NCBI GenBank assembly: GCA_036677445.1
Contig: JAVBWI010000027.1
Span: 21,453-85,452 of the forward strand
Source of the DNA: Clostridia bacterium
Lineage (GTDB): Bacteria; Bacillota; Clostridia; Christensenellales; CAG-138
Reading direction: 5' to 3'
DNA: 64,000 nucleotides
A program made the position numbers and the translations under genes. Below are positions 1-8,693 of this stretch, piece after piece. The notes beneath the pieces are model-generated. The model did no database searches, was not told the DNA's origin, and worked only from the letters and a program-made list of their open reading frames with translations. The first letter of the stretch is position 1, and every line of letters begins with the position of its first letter.

Positions 1-1
1 A

Positions 2-793
2 CACGAGCGGCACGATACGCTCTTTGGCGGCAGGCTCCCCGCGCCCAACGTGGATACGTTAAGCTCTTTGAGCAACTTCGTAGTGGAGAACAACTGCGAC
101 ATCGGCATCGCCACCGACGGAGACGCCGACCGCATCGGCGTGATCGACGACAAAGGCGAATTCGTGCACCCCAACCACCTCCTTGTGCTGCTCTACTACT
201 ACCTGATGCAGTACCGCGGCTGGCGCGGCCCGGTGGTGCGCAACAACTCCACCACCCACCTGCTGGACAGAGTGGCGGGAGGGTATGGCGAAGCCTCTTA
301 CGAGGTGCCGGTGGGCTTTAAGCACATTTCCTCCAAAATGGAGGAGGTCGGCGCGATCATAGGGGGCGAATCCTCCGGCGGCCTTACCGTAAAAGGCCAT
401 ATCCGGGGTAAGGACGGCATTTATGCCGCCGCCCTGCTGGCTGAAATGATGGCGAAGACGGGCAAACGGCTTTCGGAACTGTATAGCGAAATCACGGACC
501 GGTTCGGCTCCGTCTATACCGCGGAAGCTGAATTGATGCTTACCCCCGTGATCAAAGAGGCGCTAAGCCGCAGGCTGCTGGAGGAAAAGGAGCTTCCGCG
601 CTTCCCGTTTGAGATACAGAAGGTCTCGTACCTGGACGGCTGCAAGGTCTACTTTGCAAACGGCGGCTGGGCCGTGGCGCGCTTTTCGGGCACAGAGCCG
701 CTGCTGCGGCTATGCAGCGAAATGTCCTCCGAGCAGGACGCCTTAACCTGCATCCGTTTGTTCCAAAGCATACTCGAAGGGGTGGCGGCATGA
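2..793 (+). CDS. Phosphoglucomutase/phosphomannomutase family protein, C-terminal part (5' end outside window)
   Basis: Frame open from base 2 (HERHDTLFGGRLPAP); metal loop DGDADR, GGESSGG sugar-binding loop, C-terminal RFSGTEP. Confidence 0.9.
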   Translation, partial: HERHDTLFGGRLPAPNVDTLSSLSNFVVENNCDIGIATDGDADRIGVIDDKGEFVHPNHLLVLLYYYLMQYRGWRGPVVRNNSTTHLLDRVAGGYGEASYEVPVGFKHISSKMEEVGAIIGGESSGGLTVKGHIRGKDGIYAAALLAEMMAKTGKRLSELYSEITDRFGSVYTAEAELMLTPVIKEALSRRLLEEKELPRFPFEIQKVSYLDGCKVYFANGGWAVARFSGTEPLLRLCSEMSSEQDALTCIRLFQSILEGVAA

Positions 794-1515
794 AAATCAT
801 CAAGATGCCGGATTACAGCGGCATGAGCAGGCAGGCTGCAAACATACTTTCCGCGCAGGTCATCATGAAGCCGGACAGCGTATTGGGGCTTGCCACGGGT
901 TCTACGCCCATCGGCGTATACAAACAGCTGGTGGAATGGACTAAAAAAGGCGATATCGATTTTTCGCAGATTCGCACCGTCAACCTGGACGAATACTGCG
1001 GCCTTGCGCCCGGCCACGCACAGAGCTACGCATATTTTATGTGGGAGCATCTTTTCTCCCATATCAACATCAAAAAAGAAAATGTCCATCTCCCCGATGG
1101 GCTGGAAGCGGATGCAAAAAAGGAATGTGCCCGCTACAACGCGCTGTTGGAGGCGCTTGGCTTTATCGATTTGCAGCTCTTAGGCATCGGTCACAACGGG
1201 CACATCGGCTTTAACGAGCCGGGGCATGCCTTCGCGCTGGAAACCCATCGCGTCAAGCTGACCGAAAGTACGCGAAAGGCCAATTCCCGCCTGTTTGCAA
1301 GCATCCAGGACATGCCGCGCTACGCCTACAGCATGGGCATCAAATCCATCATGCAGGCGCGGCGCCTCCTCGTCATTGTTTCGGGCGCAGACAAGGCGGA
1401 TATCGTAAAGGAAGCGTTCACGGGCGAGGTCTCCCCCGCCGTGCCCGCCTCCGTATTGCAGCTCCATCCCGGCGTTACGCTGGTGGGAGATGAGGCGGCG
1501 TTATCCGGGCTGTAA
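790..1515 (+). CDS. nagB: Glucosamine-6-phosphate deaminase
   Basis: LGLATGSTP, NLDEY, LGIGHNGHIGFNEPG motifs; ATG 790 overlaps upstream TGA (ATGA). Confidence 0.95.
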   Translation: MKIIKMPDYSGMSRQAANILSAQVIMKPDSVLGLATGSTPIGVYKQLVEWTKKGDIDFSQIRTVNLDEYCGLAPGHAQSYAYFMWEHLFSHINIKKENVHLPDGLEADAKKECARYNALLEALGFIDLQLLGIGHNGHIGFNEPGHAFALETHRVKLTESTRKANSRLFASIQDMPRYAYSMGIKSIMQARRLLVIVSGADKADIVKEAFTGEVSPAVPASVLQLHPGVTLVGDEAALSGL

Positions 1516-1573
1516 GGATTATGCGCCCAGTGCAGTCTATTTACAGAGCCTATGCGCGCGTCCGCTTGCTTTG

Positions 1574-3400
1574 CTACTCCACCGTTACCGATTTTGCAAG
1601 GTTGCGCGGTTTATCGATATCGCAGCCCTTGAGCGACGCGACATAATACGCGAACAGCTGCAGCGGCAGCACGGAAAGCGAAGGCAGCGCAAATGCGTCC
1701 CCCGCGGGCAGCCATACCACATGGTCGGCTGCTTCCTCCACGCCGGGGGCGCCTTTCTGCGCCAAAGCGATGACCTGCGCGCCGCGCGCCTTGACTTCGC
1801 GGATGTTGCTGACCATCTTTTCCAGCAGGCCGCGGTTGGTGCACAGCGCCACCACCAGCGTACCCTGCTCGATAAGCGATATGGTGCCGTGCTTTAACTC
1901 GCCCGCGGCATACGCCTCTGAGTGGATGTAGGAAATCTCCTTAAGCTTTAAGGAGCCTTCCAGCGCCAGCGCGTAATCGAGATTGCGGCCGATAAAGAAT
2001 ATATCCTTGTGGTTAAAATACTGCGAGGCAAGGTATTGCAAATGCTCGTGCTGCTTTAACAATTCCTCCGCCTGCGCGGGCAGCTTCTCCAGCGCGGCGA
2101 GCCGTTCGCCCGCCTCCGCCTGGTTCAGCCTGCCGTGCAGCAGCCCCAATTGCAGCGTGAGCAGATAGAACATCGCAAGCTGCGTGCTGTACGCCTTGGT
2201 GGTGGCGACGGCGATTTCCGGCCCCGCCCAGGTGTAAAGCACATCGTCGCTTTCGTTCGCGATGGCGCTGCCCACCACGTTGACGATGGAAAGCACCTTC
2301 GCGCCGCGCGCCTTTGCTTCGCGCAGGGCGAAAAGCGTATCGATGGTCTCGCCGCTCTGGCTGATGACGATGCACAGCGTGTGCTCGTCAAGCAGCGGAT
2401 TGCTGTAGCGGAATTCCGACGCAAGGTCGCAGTACACGGGTATACGCAGCGCATCCTGCAGCAGCAGGCGGCCGATGCAGCCCACATGCCACGCGGAGCC
2501 GCAGGCGACGATCTGTATCTGGCGGACGGAGCGCAATTCCTCGTCGGTGATGTGTTTCAGTTCCAGTTGGATGCGCCCCCCGTGCATGCGCGGGGAAAGC
2601 GTATCTCGTATGGCCTTGGGCTGCTCCATGATCTCCTTGATCATGAAATGCTCGTACCCGCCCTTTTCGGCGGAGGCCACGTCCCAGGTGATGGTTTCCT
2701 CCCCGCGCTGGACGCGTTCGCCCTGCCGGTCGTAGACGGTGACGGATTCCGGCGTGATGACGGCAAGCTCCCGCTCATGCAGGCGCAGTACCCGGCGGGT
2801 GTGCTTTAACAGCGCGGGTACATCCGAGGCGATGAAGTTTTCGCCTTCGCCCAAGCCCACGACCAGCGGGCTGTCCTTACGGGCGGCGATGATCTGCCGC
2901 GGATGATCCGAAAACAGTATGCCCAGCGCAAACGCGCCTTCCAGCAGCGCCATGGCCTCCTGCGCGGCGGCGACGGGGTCGCCGTGATAGCAGTAATCCA
3001 AGAGCTGCGAAACGATCTCGGTATCCGTCTCGGAACAGAATGTGTATCCGTGCCCCAAAAGGAAATTGCGCAGCGTCACATAATTTTCCACAATGCCGTT
3101 GTGTACCACCGCGACCCTGCCGCTGTGCGACATGTGCGGGTGGGCGTTCAGATCCGAAGGCTCGCCGTGCGTGGCCCAGCGCGTGTGGCCGATGCCGCAG
3201 GTGCCGGGCATGGCGGCGCCCTCCTCCGTCATCTCCCGCAATACGGCAAGGCGGCCGCGCGCCTTTTTCACATGGATGCCCGCGGGCGTACACAGCGCCA
3301 GCCCCGCGGAGTCATAACCCCGATACTCCAGCTTGGTCAGACCTTCCAGCAGTATGGGCGCAGCCTGACGCTCCCCCGTATAACCGACTATTCCACACAT
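1574..3400 (-). CDS. glmS: Glutamine-fructose-6-phosphate transaminase
   Basis: N-terminal MCGIVG, GHTRWATHG, SQSGET, C-terminal PRNLAKSVTVE. Confidence 0.98.
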   Translation of the reverse strand: MCGIVGYTGERQAAPILLEGLTKLEYRGYDSAGLALCTPAGIHVKKARGRLAVLREMTEEGAAMPGTCGIGHTRWATHGEPSDLNAHPHMSHSGRVAVVHNGIVENYVTLRNFLLGHGYTFCSETDTEIVSQLLDYCYHGDPVAAAQEAMALLEGAFALGILFSDHPRQIIAARKDSPLVVGLGEGENFIASDVPALLKHTRRVLRLHERELAVITPESVTVYDRQGERVQRGEETITWDVASAEKGGYEHFMIKEIMEQPKAIRDTLSPRMHGGRIQLELKHITDEELRSVRQIQIVACGSAWHVGCIGRLLLQDALRIPVYCDLASEFRYSNPLLDEHTLCIVISQSGETIDTLFALREAKARGAKVLSIVNVVGSAIANESDDVLYTWAGPEIAVATTKAYSTQLAMFYLLTLQLGLLHGRLNQAEAGERLAALEKLPAQAEELLKQHEHLQYLASQYFNHKDIFFIGRNLDYALALEGSLKLKEISYIHSEAYAAGELKHGTISLIEQGTLVVALCTNRGLLEKMVSNIREVKARGAQVIALAQKGAPGVEEAADHVVWLPAGDAFALPSLSVLPLQLFAYYVASLKGCDIDKPRNLAKSVTVE

Positions 3401-3430
3401 ATGGCTGTACCTCCAAAACGCTTACACTTC

Positions 3431-3596
3431 TAAGTAACCGCTGATTAATTCAGAACGATGTCTTGACGGCTGTTTTCACCTCCTGCTGCGTCGCTAAATC
3501 TTGAAATAGCGCTGCTATTCCTGCGATTTTGCTCCTTGCAGGCCATGAAACCATCTCGTCAATCCATCATCCCTCATTTAATCAGCGCTTACCTAA
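3431..3596. repeat. Dispersed long-hairpin repeat family B, copy 1
   Basis: Clear similarity to 45959-46120; ends pair (TAACCGCTGATTAA / TTAATCAGCGCTTA); inner TTGACG/CGTCAA pair and AATAGCGCTGCTATT hairpin. Confidence 0.85.
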
Positions 3597-3649
3597 GAAC
3601 AATATACGTTAATACTTTACACCGAATGCCGTGCAAAAGGAACGAAAAC

Positions 3650-3678
3650 TTGTGTGAACAAATACGCGGTGGTATGAT
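3650..3678 (+). promoter_or_regulatory. Putative sigma-A promoter of folC
   Basis: TTGTGT-17 bp-TATGAT with TG extension. Confidence 0.55.
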
Positions 3679-3713
3679 AAAGCAGCAAAAACGGTAATGA
3701 CAGAGGAGTAACC

Positions 3714-4970
3714 ATGCAGCCCCACGATGTATTCAATTATCTCGACCATGCCCAGCTGCGGCGCTCGCCGCCATGTTTAAAAGATATGGAGGCGCTGCTT
3801 CGCGCGCTGGGCGACCCGCAAAGCGCGTTTTGCGCCGTGCACATCGCGGGCACCAACGGCAAGGGCTCCACCGCCGCCATGCTGGACTCCATACTGCGCC
3901 GCGCGGGGTATAAAACCGGGCTTTTTACCTCGCCGTTCATACACCGTTTCCACGAGCGTATCCGTGTAAACGGCGCGGAAATTTCCGACGCCGCGCTGTG
4001 CGCGCACGCCGCGCGCGTGCGGACCGCCGAAGAAAGGGAAGGTCTTCGCCTGAATTTCTTCCAGATCGTTACGGCGATGGGCTTTTTGCATTTTGCCGCG
4101 GAGCAATGTGATATCGCCGTGGTGGAAGCGGGACTTGGCGGCAGGCTGGACCCCACCAATGCGCTTCCCCGCCCGGCCGCCGCGGTCATCACCCGCATCG
4201 GCCTGGACCATATGGCGCTCTTGGGCGATACGGTAGAAGACATTGCATGGGAGAAAGCGGGCATCATAAAACCCGGCGGCGACGTGGTGCTGCTGTCGCA
4301 AACCGCGGAGGTGGAACGGGTCGTAGAGACCGTGTGCAGCGAAAAAAGCGCGCATCTGTATCGCGCGGACGTACCCGCATCTGAAATCAGGGACGGGGCG
4401 CTGGTGCTGCACAGCAAACTTGGTCCGCTCACGCTGGGGCTTTCCGGCAGTTACCAGGCGGAAAACGCCGCTGTGGCGCTGGAAACCGTGCGCGTGCTCG
4501 GAAAAAGCGGCTTTTCGATACCGAACTCCGCCGTGCGCAAAGGGCTGCTTTGCGCACGCTGGCCCGCGCGGTTCGAACTGCTTTCCCGCGATCCCGTGCT
4601 GCTGCTCGACGGCGCGCACAACCCGCAGGGCGCGCAGTCGCTTTGTGACAGCCTGCGGGCATATTACCCCGGCCGCGCCTGCGTATTCTTAATGGCCGGC
4701 ATGCGCGATAAGGATTATATTGGCTGCATACACGCCGTGGCGCCGCTTGCGCGCGCCATGGTCGCCGTACCGCTCAACGAGGCGCGCGCGCTGCCCGCCT
4801 CGATGCTCGCCGATGCAATGCGCCCCTGTTGCGCCACTGTGCGGCAGGCAAACGGCGTGGAAGACGGCCTGCGCATGGCGCTTTCGCTCGCGCAGCCGGA
4901 GGATGTGATTTGCGCATTCGGTTCGCTGCATCTGGCGGGGCCGGTACGCGCGTATATGCAGCGTATTTGA
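3714..4970 (+). CDS. folC: Bifunctional folylpolyglutamate/dihydrofolate synthase
   Basis: HIAGTNGKGST, EAGLGGRLDPTN, WPARFE, LDGAHNP motifs. Confidence 0.95.
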   Translation: MQPHDVFNYLDHAQLRRSPPCLKDMEALLRALGDPQSAFCAVHIAGTNGKGSTAAMLDSILRRAGYKTGLFTSPFIHRFHERIRVNGAEISDAALCAHAARVRTAEEREGLRLNFFQIVTAMGFLHFAAEQCDIAVVEAGLGGRLDPTNALPRPAAAVITRIGLDHMALLGDTVEDIAWEKAGIIKPGGDVVLLSQTAEVERVVETVCSEKSAHLYRADVPASEIRDGALVLHSKLGPLTLGLSGSYQAENAAVALETVRVLGKSGFSIPNSAVRKGLLCARWPARFELLSRDPVLLLDGAHNPQGAQSLCDSLRAYYPGRACVFLMAGMRDKDYIGCIHAVAPLARAMVAVPLNEARALPASMLADAMRPCCATVRQANGVEDGLRMALSLAQPEDVICAFGSLHLAGPVRAYMQRI

Positions 4971-5039
4971 GGCGCGCCGTATAGCGCGGCCGAAACCGGC
5001 CTGACGTGCAAGAATATCGCGGCATTGTGTTTGCATATC

Positions 5040-5088
5040 TTGACATGTGTCATTTTGTGCGTTATTATAGTTAAACAACCGGTTAGTT
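5040..5088 (+). promoter_or_regulatory. sigma-A promoter of tetR plus putative TetR operator
   Basis: TTGACA(5040)-17 bp-TATTAT(5063), followed by TTAAACAACCGGTTAGTT (5071-5088), which resembles 5894-5911. Confidence 0.7.
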
Positions 5089-5100
5089 AGGAGTATGTAT

Positions 5101-5835
5101 ATGCCAAATGAACCTGCCGAAAGAGAAGAAGCCAAAGAACGCATCATCAAAGCATCCGTAGCGCTGTTTTCGGAAAAGGGCTTTGATTCCACGCGCGTGA
5201 ACGAAATCGCGGATGCCGCCGACGTGAATAAGGCGCTGATCTATTACTATTTCAAAAGCAAGGCGGACATTCTGGATTATTTGCTGCAAACCCTGTTCGA
5301 CGATATTAACCGGCTGGCGTTGGACTTCGTGAATGAAAACGTCATCCGCATGATTCAGGACGGGCGGCTGGATATCGAGGCCGACCGTTTCCATTTTATT
5401 GACGACAATGCCATCGCTTTGTTTCTGGGGCATATGAAGCAGTATTATGTGCATCTGGTCGATTATGTGCTGGAGCGCAAGTCCGTTTTCCGCATATTGA
5501 TGCTGGAATCCCTGAAGAAGAGCGGACATCAAAACGACCTGTTCCGGTTTTTCACCATGGCAAAGCCTGATAGCAGCAACAGACTTTATAAAATGATCAG
5601 CGAGGCCGATCACGATTTTACGTATCCGCCAGAGCTGGTAGCGCTTAAATTCTTCTTTGTGCTCGTTCCTATTGTCAGCTTTGCCGCCTATTTTGACGAA
5701 TACAAAACCCTGCTCGGCATCGGGGATGAGCAGCTCAAGAACACCTTCCTCAGCGCCATCGCCATGATAATGCCCGCATTCATCTCCGGAACCGACCTGT
5801 TGCTCAACAACGACCTGTACGGCAAGCTGGAATAG
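5101..5835 (+). CDS. TetR/AcrR family transcriptional regulator
   Basis: N-terminal HTH (IIKASVALFSEKGFDSTRVNEIADAADVNKALIYYYFKSK); AGGAG 7 nt before ATG 5101. Confidence 0.92.
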   Translation: MPNEPAEREEAKERIIKASVALFSEKGFDSTRVNEIADAADVNKALIYYYFKSKADILDYLLQTLFDDINRLALDFVNENVIRMIQDGRLDIEADRFHFIDDNAIALFLGHMKQYYVHLVDYVLERKSVFRILMLESLKKSGHQNDLFRFFTMAKPDSSNRLYKMISEADHDFTYPPELVALKFFFVLVPIVSFAAYFDEYKTLLGIGDEQLKNTFLSAIAMIMPAFISGTDLLLNNDLYGKLE

Positions 5836-5844
5836 GCAAAACAG

Positions 5845-5886
5845 GCTTCCGGCATGCGGGCGCGCTTGTGCGGAAGCATTTTTTTA
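5845..5886 (+). terminator. Intrinsic terminator after tetR
   Basis: GCTTCCG...CGGAAGC stem followed by a T run. Confidence 0.55.
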
Positions 5887-5893
5887 GGCGGAA

Positions 5894-5911
5894 TTAACCG
5901 AATGGTTAGTT
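5894..5911 (+). promoter_or_regulatory. Putative TetR operator upstream of the radical SAM gene
   Basis: TTAACCGAATGGTTAGTT, with a TAACC-N4-GGTTA palindrome; 14/18 match to 5071-5088. Confidence 0.6.
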
Positions 5912-5962
5912 AACATATATTTTCATTGCAATGCATATAACGCAATAAGGAGGAATTTAAAA

Positions 5963-7315
5963 ATGAAAACCATCACGAACGCGGCGCTCAACATGCTGAT
6001 GAACTATCTCGAACACGATCCCCTGAAGAAACTGCCGGCCATGCTGACGATTGCTGAAAAGATGGATAAAGATCATTTCTACACAAGCCAGATCGCGGCA
6101 ATACGGGAGGCGCTTTCCGACCAAAACAACGTGTGGTATCGGTTCACGGAGGATCTTTTCCGCGACGTCGACATACGCTGCATCAAAAAGCTGGTGGAAT
6201 GCTTTTTTGTCAACGCCAGCCTGGGGCGTACCGAACGTATGCTCGCCGCCGCGGAAAAGTACGATTGCAGCATACCGTGGGCCATACTGATGGACCCCAC
6301 CAGTGCGTGCAACCTTTCCTGCACGGGCTGCTGGGCTGCGGAATACGGAAACAAGAACAATTTATCCTTTGATACGCTGGATTCCATCTGCAGGCAGGGC
6401 AAAGAACTGGGGATATTCTTCTATATTTTCTCGGGCGGCGAACCGCTCATGCGCAAAAAGGATATTATCCGGCTGTGCGAGGCAAACCAGGATTGCTATT
6501 TTCTTTCCTTCACCAACGGCACGCTGGTGGACGACGCCTTCTGCATGGAGCTGCGGCGCTTGAGCAACTTCAGCCTCGCATTTTCGATAGAAGGCGACGA
6601 AGCCGCTACGGATATGCGCCGGGGCGAGGGCACTTATCAGAGGGTCATCGCCGCGATGGAACGCATGCGGTCGCACCGCCTGCCCTTTGGCTATTCCACC
6701 TGCTACCACAGGTATAACACAGCGAGCGTAGGCTCGGATGCGTTTGTCGACCATATGATCGAGCTGGGCTGCCGTTTTTCGTGGAACTTCACCTATATGC
6801 CCGTCGGCAGGGATGCTAAATGCGATTTGATCGCCACGCCCGAGCAGCGCGCCTATATGTACCGCCGCGTACGCGAGATCCGCAGTACAAAGCCCATATT
6901 CGCCATGGATTTCTGGAACGACGGCGAATTCACAAACGGCTGCATCGCGGGCGGGCGGCAATATCTGCATATCAACGCCGCGGGGGATGTGGAGCCCTGC
7001 GCATTCATACACTACGCCAATGCCAACATCCACGACGTAACGCTAATAGAGGCGCTGCAGTCGCCGCTGTTCATGGCATACCGCAAGGGCCAGCCGTTCA
7101 ACGGCAACCATCTGCGGCCCTGCCCCCTTTTAGATAACCCCGAAGCGCTTGCCGCGATGGTGCATGAATCCGGCGCCGTATCCACCGATATGGAAGCGCC
7201 CGAAGACGTGGACGCGCTCTGCGCAAAAACCGCGCTGCCCGCAAAGCAGTGGGCCGCAGTAGCCGACCGGATATGGGCGGACAGAAACGCGGGGACCGAG
7301 ACCGCCGCAAAATAA
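5963..7315 (+). CDS. Radical SAM protein with C-terminal SPASM/twitch-like domain, function unknown
   Basis: CNLSCTGC (CxxxCxxC), SGGEP, C-terminal GCIAGG..VEPCAF..RPCP cysteines. Confidence 0.9.
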   Translation: MKTITNAALNMLMNYLEHDPLKKLPAMLTIAEKMDKDHFYTSQIAAIREALSDQNNVWYRFTEDLFRDVDIRCIKKLVECFFVNASLGRTERMLAAAEKYDCSIPWAILMDPTSACNLSCTGCWAAEYGNKNNLSFDTLDSICRQGKELGIFFYIFSGGEPLMRKKDIIRLCEANQDCYFLSFTNGTLVDDAFCMELRRLSNFSLAFSIEGDEAATDMRRGEGTYQRVIAAMERMRSHRLPFGYSTCYHRYNTASVGSDAFVDHMIELGCRFSWNFTYMPVGRDAKCDLIATPEQRAYMYRRVREIRSTKPIFAMDFWNDGEFTNGCIAGGRQYLHINAAGDVEPCAFIHYANANIHDVTLIEALQSPLFMAYRKGQPFNGNHLRPCPLLDNPEALAAMVHESGAVSTDMEAPEDVDALCAKTALPAKQWAAVADRIWADRNAGTETAAK

Positions 7316-7337
7316 TGGCGCCATCCGTTTTCAATAA

Positions 7338-7393
7338 GCAACAAAAAGTTGCCTGAGCATGCCGATACGTATGCTCAGGCAACTTTTTGTTGC
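7338..7393. terminator. Long inverted repeat, probable bidirectional terminator between convergent genes
   Basis: GCAACAAAAAGTTGCCTGAGCAT-N10-ATGCTCAGGCAACTTTTTGTTGC, perfect 23 bp arms. Confidence 0.75.
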
Positions 7394-7410
7394 CGGCCTC
7401 TCTTTACAGT

Positions 7411-8673
7411 TTACCCGCGCTTACTGAGCACTTCCTTTTCGTAGGCCTTTACGATAGAGAACCATTCCCCGTCCGCGGGAACGTTGTTTTCCATACAGTA
7501 ATAATCCCACACGGCGCCAAGGGGCAATGTCTTTCTCTCCTCCATCAGGGCAAAGCGCCGGGTATAGTCGCCTTCCGCTTCCGCCCGCTTGATGGCGGCG
7601 ACCGGCGAAAGCGCGGCGGAAAGCAGCGCCTTCCTTGCGTTTCGCATGCCGATGGCCCAGCAGGCGATGCGGTTGATGGAAGCGTCAAAATAATCGAGCC
7701 CTATAAACACCCGTTTTTCAAAGCCGTTGTACAGCACCTCGTCCATGATCTGCTGCAGCTCGTCGTTCAGGGATATGACATGGTCGCTGTCCCACCGCAC
7801 GCCGCGGCTGACATGCAGCAGCACACGGTCCAGAAAAGACAGCACGGCGGAAATTTTTGCGCTGACCACCTCCGTGGGGTGGAAATGCCCGGCGTCCAGA
7901 CAATACAGCTTGTTGCGGGTAAGCGCGTAGCCCATGGAGTATTCGTGGCTGGCGACGGTGTAGCTTTCCACGCCCACGCCGAAAAGCTTGCTTTCCACGG
8001 CGCAGGGTACCATGGTATCGTCCACCGGCGGGGCGAATATCGCATCCAGCGATTGGGTCATCAGTTCCCTGAGCGCGGCGGTATCCGCGCAGTTATCCTT
8101 ATAGCCGTCGGGCATCCAGTAATTGACGACGCAGGGCTGCCCCAGCTTACGCGCGAACTCCAGCCCGATCTCGCGGCAACGCTTGCCGTGCTCCACCCAG
8201 AACGCGCGCACGTTTTCCTTTCGGCTGGAAAGCGAAAAATCGCCGTCCATCATCGGGTGGGAAAAGAACGTGGGGTTAAAATCCAGGCCCATGCCCGCCT
8301 GCTTCGCCCAATCCGCCCAGTTTTGGAACTGCTCGATGGTGTACGCGTCCCGGTCCACCTTTTTGCCGTTTTTTTCCGCGTAGCAGGCGTGCAGGTTGAG
8401 CTTTGCCGCGCCGGGGATCAGCGTGCGCGCCGTATCGATATCCCGCCGCAGCTCCTCCGGCGTCCTGGCCCGGCCGGGGTAATTGCCGGTTGTGGCAATG
8501 CCGCCGGTCAGCGACCCTGTGCCGTCAAAGCCGATCACGTCGTCGCCCTGCCAGCAGTGCATGGAAACGGGAATGGAGTCCGCGCGTTTGACGGCGGCTT
8601 CCACGTCCACACCCAGTTGCGCGTACTGTTCCTTGGCATAGGCATAGCCTTTTTCAATTTGCTGCTGCGTCAT
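7411..8673 (-). CDS. rhaA: L-rhamnose isomerase
   Basis: SMHCWQGDDV, GGIATTGNYPGRAR, ESKLFG, LDAGHFHPTE, HVSRGVRWDSDHV, GLDYFDASINR. Confidence 0.95.
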   Translation of the reverse strand: MTQQQIEKGYAYAKEQYAQLGVDVEAAVKRADSIPVSMHCWQGDDVIGFDGTGSLTGGIATTGNYPGRARTPEELRRDIDTARTLIPGAAKLNLHACYAEKNGKKVDRDAYTIEQFQNWADWAKQAGMGLDFNPTFFSHPMMDGDFSLSSRKENVRAFWVEHGKRCREIGLEFARKLGQPCVVNYWMPDGYKDNCADTAALRELMTQSLDAIFAPPVDDTMVPCAVESKLFGVGVESYTVASHEYSMGYALTRNKLYCLDAGHFHPTEVVSAKISAVLSFLDRVLLHVSRGVRWDSDHVISLNDELQQIMDEVLYNGFEKRVFIGLDYFDASINRIACWAIGMRNARKALLSAALSPVAAIKRAEAEGDYTRRFALMEERKTLPLGAVWDYYCMENNVPADGEWFSIVKAYEKEVLSKRG

Positions 8674-8693
8674 CTAAATCCTCCCCCTGCGCT

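Noticed and set aside
3431-3600. glmS ribozyme upstream of glmS (minus strand has AGCGC...TTGACGAG)
   Set aside because: There is no P1 pairing between these words and no downstream GGTTATCGA..CGGCGGATGCC core. The same sequence family recurs upstream of obgE without these words intact, so it is repeat B.
5836-7410. RiPP cluster around the radical SAM/SPASM gene
   Set aside because: No short precursor ORF with an RBS, peptidase, RRE protein or exporter is adjacent.
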